Shown here: piece by piece, positions 1 through 9,719 of the stretch
Layout: every line of letters starts with the position of its first letter
How positions within the stretch are numbered: the stretch's first letter is position 1
From: a virus
Taxonomy: Duplodnaviria; Caudoviricetes
Strand: one strand, 5' to 3'
DNA length: 40,428 nucleotides
IMG/VR virus record: IMGVR_UViG_3300010383_000016
Span: 1-40,428 of that record
The notes under the pieces: generated by a model
What the model was told of the DNA's origin: nothing
Seen by the model: only the letters and a program-made list of their open reading frames with translations
The model's database searches: none
Program-made: the position numbers and the translations under genes

Positions 1-38
1 GATTTTTCCCTTCATACAACAATACCCACAAATTGTCT

Positions 39-1838
39 TTACGGAGCTATGGATCCGTACCCCTTCCATGTCCCCGGCGTCCCTGCAGTTACGCAAACCC
101 ATCCAATAAAGCCACTAGCTGCCGGCGCGGTATTCCGCACTTTGCTGCCAACGCCCCAAGTCTGCGTCGTAGGTGCGGCCGTTCCATCGTACTCCAAGAC
201 AACAGTAGTCGCTGTATTTTGAATGGATATAGGCGCGATCCCTTCTCCCCGCACGTTGGAACTTGTCGATGAAATGGATGTGTTGTTGGTGAATCCCTCT
301 ACATCATTATCTTTAAGCACCACATCGGTACATGTGAAAATAGACAATCCTGAGTTCGACCCGACTAAACCTTTAACGATGTTCCCTTTGATCCATTCCT
401 CGGTTATGTTATCCGTGGCAATTCCGTTGTACTTCATGTTCAAAAAGGAATTGTTTTGAATGACTACCTTGCTACCAGTTGCAAAATAAATCCCCCAGTA
501 AGCATAATCCGATGCTTCAAACTTGTTGTTGATTACGTCGACATATGCCGGGGTACCGTCATACGCACAAACACCGTTTGCAAAGTTCTCAAAAATATTT
601 TCTGAGACCTTGATGTTTTTTAGGGTTTTATAGAGGAAGACGCCGATCCCCTTAATGTCCCTCAGTACATTCCCCCGGCAAATAACGTCCTGGGAAGAAT
701 AAATGTTGATCCCGACAGCCGTATCTCCAACTTTTGTGTTTGTGGAATTAAAGGTCGATGTATCCAGGTTATACCCGCAGTTGGTGACGGTGTTTCCCGA
801 AATAACTCCACTTGCCCAATCGAGAATTATCCCCCGAGTCTTGACGTCCCTAATAGTGTTGTCCGATATCACTATCCCCTTAGTCGCCGACGAGGGAAGA
901 CTGTCGTTCTGTTTTACGGAAATCCCTCGATTATGGTTAACGACTAAGTTGTTATGAATGAGGACGTTGTCATATATCCCCCTCAGAAGGATTCCGTCGC
1001 CATCAGCGTTAGATGCTGTTTTGTAGATGATGTTGGCAAAAATGATGATATTGCTCCAGGTAGTCGAGGCGTCACCCAAAATGCCGGTTGCACAATCCAC
1101 TACCTCATTACCTTCGATGCGAATGTCTTTTCCGCCATTCCGGTGAAGATGAATTCCGACAAGGCAGTTTTTAACCGTATTGTTTCGTATTGTGATGTTT
1201 TTGCTCGCTGTGAAGTCTACCAGCGCACTCGTCAAGGTATGATCGTAATTTTCTACGAACAATCCGCCTACCTGCGACAAGTTGTCGATTTGAATGCCTG
1301 CATCCCCTGTATTTTCTACACTGCATTTTTCAACGGTAATATTCTCACCGCCAGCAATGTCTACGAGGTGCCAATGCAGCTGAGACGTCCGGCAATTCCG
1401 AATCAGCACATTCTTTGCTTTCGGGGTTCCAATTCCGTTGCCTTGACCTGTATTGGTTCGAAGATTAAGGTTTTCAACGACTACATTTTCAGTCAAGACG
1501 GTTCCTAGATAGCTCTTGGAAACAATGGCCGTGCCGTCTGTTTGGGTCGTGTCGTAGTAAAGGGTCGATCCGTTGAAGTCTAGGCGTGTGTTTGAACCAT
1601 ACAGGAGGGTATAGGTCGTCCTGTATGTATCCAACGGGAAAATTACGACACCACCGCCGGCCGCACTAACATAATCCAGAGCTGCCTGAATGGCAGCAGT
1701 ATCGTCCAACACTCCCCCGCCCTTGGCGCCTCCAGCAAACTGTTTGTCTTTAACATTGCACACCAAACTTCCCCATATTTTATTCACGTTCAAAGAAGCA
1801 GCCATCTGGGTGGCAACCAATTCAGCCTTTGTGCTCAT
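39..1838 (-). CDS. Tailspike / polysaccharide depolymerase (pectate-lyase-like right-handed beta-helix)
   Basis: N-terminal 'NVKD..GAKGGGVLDDTAAIQAALD..GGGVVIFP' motif, many I/V-x-I-x-N-N beta-helix repeats, C-terminal 'GWVCVTAGTPGTW' typical of phage tailspikes. Confidence 0.85.
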   Translation of the reverse strand: MSTKAELVATQMAASLNVNKIWGSLVCNVKDKQFAGGAKGGGVLDDTAAIQAALDYVSAAGGGVVIFPLDTYRTTYTLLYGSNTRLDFNGSTLYYDTTQTDGTAIVSKSYLGTVLTENVVVENLNLRTNTGQGNGIGTPKAKNVLIRNCRTSQLHWHLVDIAGGENITVEKCSVENTGDAGIQIDNLSQVGGLFVENYDHTLTSALVDFTASKNITIRNNTVKNCLVGIHLHRNGGKDIRIEGNEVVDCATGILGDASTTWSNIIIFANIIYKTASNADGDGILLRGIYDNVLIHNNLVVNHNRGISVKQNDSLPSSATKGIVISDNTIRDVKTRGIILDWASGVISGNTVTNCGYNLDTSTFNSTNTKVGDTAVGINIYSSQDVICRGNVLRDIKGIGVFLYKTLKNIKVSENIFENFANGVCAYDGTPAYVDVINNKFEASDYAYWGIYFATGSKVVIQNNSFLNMKYNGIATDNITEEWIKGNIVKGLVGSNSGLSIFTCTDVVLKDNDVEGFTNNTSISSTSSNVRGEGIAPISIQNTATTVVLEYDGTAAPTTQTWGVGSKVRNTAPAASGFIGWVCVTAGTPGTWKGYGSIAP

Positions 1839-1844
1839 AGAACC

Positions 1845-2420
1845 TCACTCCACTCGCATGATAATTTCACCAGGTTCGATGTCCGCTCGTTTAAACTCAT
1901 CCAGTTCGTTTTGAAGCATAGCCATGAATCCATTCGCCACGTCGAATTCCCTCGTCCGTTCCGCCATCCACTTGCAGAGGTTATACACCTGGATCATTGG
2001 GAAATCGTTGTCAAAGCTCGGGTAATCGTCCAGATCAGGCGAATCATTCGGCTCCACGAAATGAAATACCACGATCCCACCGGATACGTCGGTGTCCGGC
2101 GTCGGGTAGATGCCGATCGATCGCTCATACGTGTAAAGGAATGGGGACGTCGCTGTGTCATCGTTGATCTGCTCGTAATCGTAGCTGGTACCGTTCCAAA
2201 CCACCCGCATTATCTTCGAGGGATGAAAGTCGAGCGGATAGAGGAACTGGTCCTTTACGATGTCGTAGGCCGTCGCCGTCTTCTTCCGGTATATCGTCCG
2301 CAGAAGCTTGTCCTCCTGGACGACGATCTGCTTCAATTTCGAAGCCGGGGTATAGCCGTTTGAGTAAAGCTCGTCTGCTGCGTCAATGATCTGCTGGTAC
2401 GTCATGGGCATGTTGTTCAC
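1845..2420 (-). CDS. Putative head-to-tail adaptor (tail tubular A / P22 gp4-like position)
   Basis: 191 aa after capsid genes; 'IGIYPTPD' motif and helical C-terminus resemble podophage adaptors; partly positional inference. Confidence 0.6.
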   Translation of the reverse strand: MNNMPMTYQQIIDAADELYSNGYTPASKLKQIVVQEDKLLRTIYRKKTATAYDIVKDQFLYPLDFHPSKIMRVVWNGTSYDYEQINDDTATSPFLYTYERSIGIYPTPDTDVSGGIVVFHFVEPNDSPDLDDYPSFDNDFPMIQVYNLCKWMAERTREFDVANGFMAMLQNELDEFKRADIEPGEIIMRVE

Positions 2421-2435
2421 CGTCCTTTAACGAGA

Positions 2436-2468
2436 AAAAGGCAGGACACCGAAGTGACCTGCCTCCTC
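2436..2468 (-). terminator. Intrinsic terminator after capsid genes
   Basis: Minus strand AGGCAGG-TCACTTCGGTGT-CCTGCCT followed by T run. Confidence 0.7.
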
Positions 2469-2479
2469 CCTCATGATGA

Positions 2480-2740
2480 TTACTCCCCGGTTCCGGCTGT
2501 AGTGCCGACTTCCGCCGGGGCTGCCGGGGCCTCCTGCTTCTTGTCCTCGAAGATCGCGTTCCCGAAAAGCCGGTGCTTCCGAATGTACTCGATCTCCTTC
2601 TTGTCCTCGGTCGCGTACTGTCCATTCTCGAAGCGGATGTGTTGGCCGTCGACCGGCTGAACGATCCCGTCGATAATTTGCGTGCGTTTCGGTTTCATGC
2701 AAAGCACCTGATTGGTGCAACGAGAAATAAAATTAGCCAT
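2480..2740 (-). CDS. Small capsid-associated hypothetical protein
   Basis: 86 aa ORF directly after major capsid gene, phage-like composition. Confidence 0.65.
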   Translation of the reverse strand: MANFISRCTNQVLCMKPKRTQIIDGIVQPVDGQHIRFENGQYATEDKKEIEYIRKHRLFGNAIFEDKKQEAPAAPAEVGTTAGTGE

Positions 2741-2762
2741 TATTGATCGCGTCCCCCTTTTC

Positions 2763-3914
2763 TTAACCCGTTACGCCGGTGAGGACTGCGTGGGTCTCAG
2801 CGTTACGAACCTCGAGGCCGCCCTCAGTCAGATACTCGTCCGTGCGGCCGTCCGCGTCGTTTGCTTGGATGTTCGTCTTAAGCGATGTGTCACGGCCGTT
2901 CAGCGGGCGCCATTTAACGTTTTGAGGATCGAGAACGATGCCGTAGCCGCCGTATACCGATCCTTCCAGCGTATTGAGCATGTTCACGATGTTGTAGTTA
3001 CCGAACGGCGTAATGTACTTGAAGATCGCAAGGCCGAACTGCTTGGCCGTTTGATCGATCAGCAGCTTTCCTTGTGCCCAACCATTGATCACCGACAACA
3101 GGCGCGCAGACGCCAGCAGGAGCTTGTCCTTGCTGCCGTATTTGAAGATGACCTCGGAGATGTTGTTGTCGAACTCCGTTTGCGTCAGCGTGCCGCCGGC
3201 ATCGTAATTGTTCTTCGTGCAGAAGGAGAGCAGGCCGCCTGTAGCGCGCTTCGGCTTACTGCCGGAGGTATCCTCTTTCCGCTCACCGAAGATCAGGGAG
3301 CGCTCGATGTCGATCTTGTGCTCGACGCCGCCCTTCATTTGCTGGTAGGACAGATCGGATCCACCATACTGCTTCGTGGCCTTCTGGGTGTTCGTCACTC
3401 CAAACGGTGTCCGCCAGATCTGCGTGTAGTTGTACAACGCAGCCTTGTTTGTGGACTTAATCGTCGGCATTGTCGCGCCCTCTTCGTTAACCGAGCCGAT
3501 GATGAGGAGTGGATCGTTATCCACGATCGCCGCTGCCGCCGTCGATCCGTAGCCGCGCGTCACGGTCAAGTCGTTCGTCGAGATTCCTGTCACCAACATG
3601 ACCTCGCCCGTACGCGGCACCTTGACGATGTAGTTCGCAGCGAAGTACGTGCCATTGTCGACGGTGAGTGTCGTATCGCCGGACGTGTATCCGGCCGCTT
3701 TATTAATGGCATCCCAACGCGGAGCCAACCCGTCCTCCATCCATTCGAATTTAGGGTTATTTGCCGTCTCGTTTCGGTTCTTCGCGAGCTTCAGGAACGA
3801 GAGAAAAGGAGCCTCGTTCGGCATCAGCAGCGCGATGTCATTGGACATATCAATGACAAGCTGATTCTGCGTTACATTGCGGGTGTCGCGTGTTCCGGTG
3901 ATTACTGTGGTCAT
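2763..3914 (-). CDS. Major capsid protein (SU10/DUF5309-like)
   Basis: 'KFEWMED', 'YNYTQIW', 'EHKIDIERSLIFG', 'TEGGLEVRN' motifs; follows scaffold gene. Confidence 0.85.
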   Translation of the reverse strand: MTTVITGTRDTRNVTQNQLVIDMSNDIALLMPNEAPFLSFLKLAKNRNETANNPKFEWMEDGLAPRWDAINKAAGYTSGDTTLTVDNGTYFAANYIVKVPRTGEVMLVTGISTNDLTVTRGYGSTAAAAIVDNDPLLIIGSVNEEGATMPTIKSTNKAALYNYTQIWRTPFGVTNTQKATKQYGGSDLSYQQMKGGVEHKIDIERSLIFGERKEDTSGSKPKRATGGLLSFCTKNNYDAGGTLTQTEFDNNISEVIFKYGSKDKLLLASARLLSVINGWAQGKLLIDQTAKQFGLAIFKYITPFGNYNIVNMLNTLEGSVYGGYGIVLDPQNVKWRPLNGRDTSLKTNIQANDADGRTDEYLTEGGLEVRNAETHAVLTGVTG

Positions 3915-3938
3915 CGTCCATTCACTTCCTTGTCAGTT

Positions 3939-4859
3939 TTATATCCCGAGGACGCCGCTCGCTCTACGTCCAGCTGCCACGATGCCGTCACGGATCTGAT
4001 CCGCCTCAGACTTTTGCTCGCCGCCCTTGCCGCCGGATCCCGCCTTCCTTCCACCAGTTGCGGTCGGAAGCCCCTTCTTGGCCATGCGCGATTCCTCCGC
4101 CTGTCTACGGCCTTCCTCCTTGGCCTTGTTGTAGATTGCCTGACCGGAATCGCCGAAAGCTTCGGAGGCAGCCATGCGCAAGATGCGCGCCGTCGGATTC
4201 TTGGCGAGCTGAGGGTTGCCAATCTCCTGAGCAATCTCTGACACCTTGGAGAAGAGCTGCTGCATGCCATCGGGTGTTGCCACTTGCTTGTACTGCTTTG
4301 TGAGCTGCTGCATATTGGCGCCAAGTGCATCCATCTCGCGTTGCTCCACGATCGGCGCGGTACGTGCGGAAACCGCGTTATCGATCAGATATTGCATCGT
4401 GCCGAGAGGGTCTTGCTGGAATTTTTGAAAGAACAGCGCCGCTTGTTCCGGCGTCGTGATGCCCGTCGCACCACCAGTTACAGCCGTTGTCTGCGGTGCA
4501 GGCGGCTGCTGGCCTTGAGGCTGCGAGGACCGTTTGGAGAACTCCCGCTGCAGGTTAAGGTACGCATTCGCAAGATCATCCTGCGACTTGAATTTGCCAA
4601 GAATCAGGCCGTCTTTGTTCGAGTTGTCCGGCTGCGACCGATCGTCGCCCGCGGGCTCGTCACCGTCCTCGTCATCTTGGTCATCATCTTGATCGTCACC
4701 GTCTGCGTCGTCCTGATCGTCAAATTCCTCATCCAGATCGTCCTGCAGATCAGCGTCGTCGTGTTGGTCTTCGAGGCTTCCGGCCCCACCTTGTTGGCCT
4801 TGTCCGGCGTCCGGGGACCCGGGCGGGGTTATCGTCGTGCCTTCAGCGAAGAGTTCCAT
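3939..4859 (-). CDS. Capsid scaffolding protein
   Basis: Asp-rich N-terminus, 'LGKFKSQDDLANAYLNLQ' motif, helical C-terminus, immediately upstream of capsid gene. Confidence 0.75.
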   Translation of the reverse strand: MELFAEGTTITPPGSPDAGQGQQGGAGSLEDQHDDADLQDDLDEEFDDQDDADGDDQDDDQDDEDGDEPAGDDRSQPDNSNKDGLILGKFKSQDDLANAYLNLQREFSKRSSQPQGQQPPAPQTTAVTGGATGITTPEQAALFFQKFQQDPLGTMQYLIDNAVSARTAPIVEQREMDALGANMQQLTKQYKQVATPDGMQQLFSKVSEIAQEIGNPQLAKNPTARILRMAASEAFGDSGQAIYNKAKEEGRRQAEESRMAKKGLPTATGGRKAGSGGKGGEQKSEADQIRDGIVAAGRRASGVLGI

Positions 4860-4889
4860 AGGGTAAAGCTCCTTTCAGATTGTGGTATA

Positions 4890-4911
4890 TAAAAAGGCTC
4901 CCGAAGGAGCC
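4890..4911 (-). terminator. Terminator-like hairpin between portal block and scaffold
   Basis: Minus strand GGCTCC-TTCG-GGAGCC-TTTTT. Confidence 0.6.
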
Positions 4912-4926
4912 GGACCACCGGAGTGG

Positions 4927-5187
4927 TTATCGAACAGGAATATCCTCGCCCGCGATATTGATTGAGTCACCGGCTTCTTTTACCCGATGGTTTTGATCGT
5001 CGGGAAGAATGCATTCCTTATGACCTTTCTTCAACACCATGCCTTGAGAAACATGATACAAGACATAGTCTTGAACCAGTTGTCCGCAGCCGTCGCAGGT
5101 ATGCTTCTTGATGTTGCATTCCTTGCAGTAGCCCCGTATCCACTCTTCCGAATCGATATCGGGCTTATCACATTCAGGGCAGTTCAT
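4927..5187 (-). CDS. Small Cys-rich (zinc-finger-like) hypothetical protein
   Basis: Three CxxC motifs plus HxxC; overlaps upstream gene. Confidence 0.6.
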   Translation of the reverse strand: MNCPECDKPDIDSEEWIRGYCKECNIKKHTCDGCGQLVQDYVLYHVSQGMVLKKGHKECILPDDQNHRVKEAGDSINIAGEDIPVR

Positions 5188-5413
5188 CTTCCCTCATCCC
5201 TTCCTCGATCGTTTGATCAATATAAATAAGCACCGCCTCGAGCGCTTTGGCTTCGTGACGATGCTTCATTACGTCCTCGAGCTCGCAGGACATCAGCCGG
5301 TTACGGCTGTCATCGATTCGTTCTCGAAGGTATTGCTCCAAAAGACGCCAGCCCTCGGTACCTTGCATGTGCCGCAGGGCTTCGGCCGCCTGGCGATTAT
5401 CCACCTCGGCCAC
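5174..5413 (-). CDS. Small portal-downstream hypothetical protein
   Basis: 79 aa, 'TEGWRLLEQYL' as in small genes that follow podophage portals; RBS GGAGG. Confidence 0.65.
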   Translation of the reverse strand: MAEVDNRQAAEALRHMQGTEGWRLLEQYLRERIDDSRNRLMSCELEDVMKHRHEAKALEAVLIYIDQTIEEGMREDELP

Positions 5414-7295
5414 CGCCTCCGCTGATTAACTGGAGTGCAGGTTCTTGCATCGGCGCCGTGTTCACGCCTCCACCAGCCGGGAGGCCCGGGGGTACGGCTC
5501 CCGGCGGCATCATCGGCGCGCCCGGCATTGGTGGCGGCATCATCATCATTTTAATCTGTTGGTCAGACGGCAGCAGCTTGTCCGTGTCCTTGATGTCGAA
5601 GGCGTCGTACAGCTTCTTCAGAAGCTCGCGGCGCAGATCCGGGAATTGCTGATAGAATGGGTCCTTCGAAGCGATGCTGTACAGCTCCACCATCCGTTGC
5701 TTGAACGCTTCCTTGTTTGCCTGCGGCTCGACGGAGGAGCCGACGGCCATCAGATCAAATTCGCCCTGAATATCCTCCGGTGAGAGCCTTACCCAGCTCG
5801 CTCCGTCCTTCCCGACGATCCGCATCACCTTGTCGACTTCAACGAACTGCTGGTTCAGCTTTGCCATAAGCCTAGCGACGCCGCAAAGGAGCTTCTTCTC
5901 GACGCTACCGATTACCAACTTGAAGCGCATGGCGGCGTTATTGTCGTTGCGCATGGCTTCCGTCGCGGTACCGCCGCTGACTGTTCCCATCACCACATCG
6001 TGGCCGCCCGTGGCGTCCTGCATGTCCTGCTTGATGAGCTGCTCCTGATTGAAGCTGGAGGCCGGGGCATCCCTTACGCCAAACTCCTCGACGTCATCCA
6101 TCTCGTCAACCTCAATCACGCCGCCCTGCTTAAAGACGAGCTGATCGCGCTTGACGTTGGCCCCGCGGCGCACCTTGAACATCCGGCGGAGGAGGAAGGA
6201 TCGGAAGTCGATCCTCGTGTTCCGCTCATTGTTCAACTCATCCTGCAGGTCCTCGCACATCTCGACGATACCCATGCCGTAAAACTCATGCGGCACCTCG
6301 CAATATACGTCCTTGCTGTAGGGCTTCTCCTTGTGCCAGAAGGGGTTCTCACCTTCAGCCGCCACCCACGTGCGATTGATGATGACAACGTGCTTATCGT
6401 CCTCCCAATACTTGTGGACCTCGTATAGGTTGTTCTGGTTCGTGTGGTCCGGCTCGTAGCCAGGCGGCAGCCCCACGGAACTCATGCGGTACTGGCGCGC
6501 TGTGCTACCTTGGCCGCTGGTGTTCGGAACCTGCGACCAGTCGACGTTCCAAATACCCTCGTCCACAAGCTCCTGAATGGCCTCCTTGGTCATCCAGTCG
6601 ACGTGACCGCAGTATCGAGCGTCGCATATGTCGGAAGCGTTAGGATCGACGAAGAAGTCGCCCAGATCGATGAATTTCACCTCAGGGTCATCGTACTCCC
6701 GCACGCTCGCCTCCACAGGCTGCCAATCGTGGATAGGCTCCTGCGTTGACGGGTCAAGCATGGGCGTTGGCTGCTGCATCTCGTCCAACATCGGCTCCCC
6801 TGCCTCATCGGTCATGTAGACCGGCTGCAGCTCTTTGTGGATGACCTTGCGCTCCCGGAGCTTCCACCCAGTGAAGGTGACGGCGGTGCCGAAGATACAT
6901 AGCTCCTTAAGCCCGCCGCTGAAGATGCCGCGCAGGTCCATCCGCTCATTGCTTTGCCAGTCGACCAGCGTCGTCATGTTGTCGGCATTCATCTCGTCGA
7001 GCGGTTCCCGGCCAAAGTAGGTAACATAGGGTCGGCCGGCGAATACCGTCTCAACGAGCCTCGGGTGAATCGTCTCGACCTGCGTGAAGGTGTATGGGAT
7101 GGAGATGTTCGAGCGGTCCTTGATCGGATTGCCCTTGCTGTCCTTTAGCTGATCGACAAAGTTCCTCCAGCGCTTGTAGCAGCGGATCCACAACTCCTTG
7201 TATCCGCGGTCCCGATGCGCCTCCGCGTTCTCGATGCGACTCTTGTAGAATTCGAGGTTCTGCTGACCATCGCGCCGGCGCTTTCTTTTAGCCAT
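5397..7295 (-). CDS. Portal protein (P22-like)
   Basis: 632 aa; 'FFVDPNASDICDARY', 'YGMGIVE..DLQDELN', 'TATEA' motifs; Met/Pro-rich tail. Confidence 0.85.
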   Translation of the reverse strand: MAKRKRRRDGQQNLEFYKSRIENAEAHRDRGYKELWIRCYKRWRNFVDQLKDSKGNPIKDRSNISIPYTFTQVETIHPRLVETVFAGRPYVTYFGREPLDEMNADNMTTLVDWQSNERMDLRGIFSGGLKELCIFGTAVTFTGWKLRERKVIHKELQPVYMTDEAGEPMLDEMQQPTPMLDPSTQEPIHDWQPVEASVREYDDPEVKFIDLGDFFVDPNASDICDARYCGHVDWMTKEAIQELVDEGIWNVDWSQVPNTSGQGSTARQYRMSSVGLPPGYEPDHTNQNNLYEVHKYWEDDKHVVIINRTWVAAEGENPFWHKEKPYSKDVYCEVPHEFYGMGIVEMCEDLQDELNNERNTRIDFRSFLLRRMFKVRRGANVKRDQLVFKQGGVIEVDEMDDVEEFGVRDAPASSFNQEQLIKQDMQDATGGHDVVMGTVSGGTATEAMRNDNNAAMRFKLVIGSVEKKLLCGVARLMAKLNQQFVEVDKVMRIVGKDGASWVRLSPEDIQGEFDLMAVGSSVEPQANKEAFKQRMVELYSIASKDPFYQQFPDLRRELLKKLYDAFDIKDTDKLLPSDQQIKMMMMPPPMPGAPMMPPGAVPPGLPAGGGVNTAPMQEPALQLISGGGGRGG

Positions 7296-7303
7296 TATTC
7301 ATT

Positions 7304-7507
7304 TCACCTCCCAACTCTGCTTTTGATCTCAGCCAAATCAACCTTTATGATTTCGGCGTACTTCTCATTAGCCTCCGTCACTTGCTGGATCGTTTGCTGG
7401 TACTTCTGCTCGCGAACCTTGTTCTCGTTCATCGTCCAAGCAAGGAGCGAGACGAATAGAGCGAAGAAGACGCCTTGTTTAAGCCATTTATCAAAATTCT
7501 TTTCCAT
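7304..7507 (-). CDS. BhlA/UviB-family holin-like peptide
   Basis: 'KQGVFFALFVSLLAWTMNENKVREQKYQQTI..DLAEIK': single TM followed by coiled coil; RBS GGGGTGA before ATG 7507. Confidence 0.75.
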   Translation of the reverse strand: MEKNFDKWLKQGVFFALFVSLLAWTMNENKVREQKYQQTIQQVTEANEKYAEIIKVDLAEIKSRVGR

Positions 7508-7520
7508 GGTTTCACCCCAA

Positions 7521-7545
7521 TAAAAAAACCACCTTCCCCGGTGGT
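7521..7545 (-). terminator. Intrinsic terminator of membrane-protein moron
   Basis: Minus strand AACCACC-GGGGAA-GGTGGTT-TTTTT directly after stop at 7546. Confidence 0.7.
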
Positions 7546-7977
7546 TCAACGTTTTCTTTGGAGTCGCGAAATGCGAATTTTCTCTGAATCATTTTTTACT
7601 GTAATTAAGTGTTCAATAAATTTTTGAATATAAAAAACGCGTTTTAACCGAAACATTACGCCGTAAAGCTCTTTAACTATTTTAGAAATGCTGAGAGCAA
7701 AGATAAGTAAGAGAAAAATCGAGAACGTCCTTGAATAGGAACTAGCTGAATTTATTAAGTTAAGACATAGGGTAGTAAACAACGTGATCATGACCCCAAG
7801 AATCCCAAACTGCTTGGTAGTCTCTAACCAATAATCAATTGTAACTTTTGTTCGCCTCAATTCATCGACGTTTTTCTTGCATAATAAAGAGTCAAGCTCA
7901 GATAGACTTAACGACACCAATTGTTCGATTTCATCTAACGTATCTTGCTTTTTCTTTTTCCTGAAAAAACGAATCAT
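7546..7977 (-). CDS. AT-rich moron: two-TM membrane protein of unknown function
   Basis: Visibly low GC, two hydrophobic segments, own RBS, promoter and terminator. Confidence 0.7.
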   Translation of the reverse strand: MIRFFRKKKKQDTLDEIEQLVSLSLSELDSLLCKKNVDELRRTKVTIDYWLETTKQFGILGVMITLFTTLCLNLINSASSYSRTFSIFLLLIFALSISKIVKELYGVMFRLKRVFYIQKFIEHLITVKNDSEKIRISRLQRKR

Positions 7978-8004
7978 TCCTTACACCTCCCACCTCCTTA
8001 CGAA

Positions 8005-8030
8005 ATTCAACAGAATATGTCGAAAATCCT
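8005..8030 (-). promoter_or_regulatory. Sigma-H-type promoter (AGGA-N18-GAAT)
   Basis: Minus strand AGGA ttttcgacatattctgtt GAAT, 18-nt spacer, upstream of GGAGGTG RBS. Confidence 0.6.
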
Positions 8031-9701
8031 CTAATATCCCGTCCTGCCGAAAGCAACGACGTTTTCGGGCTCCTCGTACTCTTCCTGCAGCTCCATCGAC
8101 TGTTGCCCGCGCGACTGGTAGGAAATTGCAAGCGACATGATCAGGTCGTCGTGCTTTCCTTCCAGCGCCTCCGGCTTGCCTACGCTATTTCGGACGAACG
8201 TCAGCATCTCGTAAAGCGTCGATAGGTCGTTGATCAGCCCGATCTGCTCCCGTACGATCGTCACGAGTTCCGCTATGATGACTGGCCGCGTGACCGTCGT
8301 CGTCTGGAAGCCGTATTTGTGCTGCCGCTTGCCGCTGATCTCGTCGAGCACCTCGCGCCGGTATTGTCGACGGTACCCAAGCCGCTCGAGCTCCTTCACC
8401 GGATGCAGGTCAAAGTTCATCTCGACCGCGAGCAGCGCGTAATTGTAGAACTTGCCGAAGCAGTACATCTGCTTGGCGTAGAGGTCTGTGTCGCTATGGC
8501 CGTGCCACACGGCCGCTTGCCTGCCTGTGATGTTGTTGAGCAGCTGGCTCGCGGAATAGTCCTTGCCGCCCTCCGCTGTGTCACCGCCGACAACATACGG
8601 CGTCCTCGCTTGCGGCAGCTCGTAAATGGTGACTACTCCGTTCGGGTCGGGCTCGAACTTGATGGAGCTGTCGACGATCTTCTCATTACGGTAATCGTAG
8701 ATGAAGGAGCCGCGGACCGGCTTTTTCTTGGCGTACAACTCCTCCAGAAGCTCGATGCGCGCCATGACCTTCTTCACGTCGAACACCGGCGTTCCCGTCA
8801 TCAGGAAGGCCTCGAGGTCGTTGGCCGGGTACTCTTGACGGAACTGGTCCTCCTTTGAGCGATCCGGCGTCTGCGGCATCTCACTGATCTTCCAGCGGCG
8901 CCACTTCATTTGCTCCGGCGTCAGGTTGTACTTCTGGACGAGCTCCTGCTCATCACTGTCGTACTCCAGCACCTCGCCGGCGGAAAGCTCCAACTTGTAC
9001 TCCGGATGTTGATACCAGGCGTAGAAGTGTGCCTTCCAGTTGTTCTTGCCCTTTTTGGCGTCCTCGTACGTCTGATGGTAGTAGTTGCCGACGCCGTTCG
9101 CCGTGGATTCGATGACGATCTCGCCATCATACGGAACAGCCTGCAGTAGGCCGGTCATTAACTCTTCCGGGTTAGGCCAGAACGCCACCTCGGAGCAGAG
9201 CAGGTAGTTGATTGTCTGCGAGCGGCCGAACTTATCGGAGCCCGCGGTGCCGACGTAGATCCGGCTGTTGTTGCCGGCGAAGAAGAATTCCTTCCGGTTG
9301 CCGTACTTCGGCTTGTTCTTGCCGTTGTTCAGCTGCTCCTTCTTCGCTTCAGGCAGCCACTCGTACATAAGTTGCACCATTTGGAACATCTTCTGTGTCG
9401 AATCGGAATCGTGGGCAATGATAACGGCCGTGACGTTCTCTTCGTTGACGACACATTCGAATATCCGTCCCACAGTGAGCGTCGAGAAGCCCAACTGCCG
9501 AGGTTTGAGGATGATGTCGCGCTTCGTCTTGGTATCCCAATACATTTCCTGAATCGGGTTGAAGCGGAGCGGTATGACCTGCTTTTTCTTGGTCCGGATG
9601 TAGAGCTTGTCCTCGATGTATTCTCGAGGGTGCCGCACCCATTTCGGCGTGTTCTTAACGCGAGCCTGTTCCTTTATCCGGTCATGAATCTTGGCGAGCA
9701 C
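8031..9701 (-). CDS. terL: Terminase large subunit
   Basis: 'LKPRQLGFST' Walker A-like, 'LLCSEVAFW' Walker B, 'IESTANG', nuclease 'GGDTAEG' and 'HDDLIMSLA'. Confidence 0.92.
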   Translation of the reverse strand: MLAKIHDRIKEQARVKNTPKWVRHPREYIEDKLYIRTKKKQVIPLRFNPIQEMYWDTKTKRDIILKPRQLGFSTLTVGRIFECVVNEENVTAVIIAHDSDSTQKMFQMVQLMYEWLPEAKKEQLNNGKNKPKYGNRKEFFFAGNNSRIYVGTAGSDKFGRSQTINYLLCSEVAFWPNPEELMTGLLQAVPYDGEIVIESTANGVGNYYHQTYEDAKKGKNNWKAHFYAWYQHPEYKLELSAGEVLEYDSDEQELVQKYNLTPEQMKWRRWKISEMPQTPDRSKEDQFRQEYPANDLEAFLMTGTPVFDVKKVMARIELLEELYAKKKPVRGSFIYDYRNEKIVDSSIKFEPDPNGVVTIYELPQARTPYVVGGDTAEGGKDYSASQLLNNITGRQAAVWHGHSDTDLYAKQMYCFGKFYNYALLAVEMNFDLHPVKELERLGYRRQYRREVLDEISGKRQHKYGFQTTTVTRPVIIAELVTIVREQIGLINDLSTLYEMLTFVRNSVGKPEALEGKHDDLIMSLAISYQSRGQQSMELQEEYEEPENVVAFGRTGY

Positions 9702-9719
9702 ATCCGCCGTCCCTCCTCA

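Noticed and set aside
39-1838. Diversity-generating retroelement or invertible tail cassette
   Set aside because: No reverse transcriptase, invertase or duplicated template region was seen.
2712-4241. 509-aa + strand ORF
   Set aside because: Antisense shadow of the capsid and scaffold genes; no motifs, and explained by codon bias. The same applies to most other + strand ORFs over minus-strand genes.
5440-5550. Met/Pro-rich repeat at the portal C-terminus
   Set aside because: Low-complexity tails are common in this portal type; no DNA-level repeat unit.
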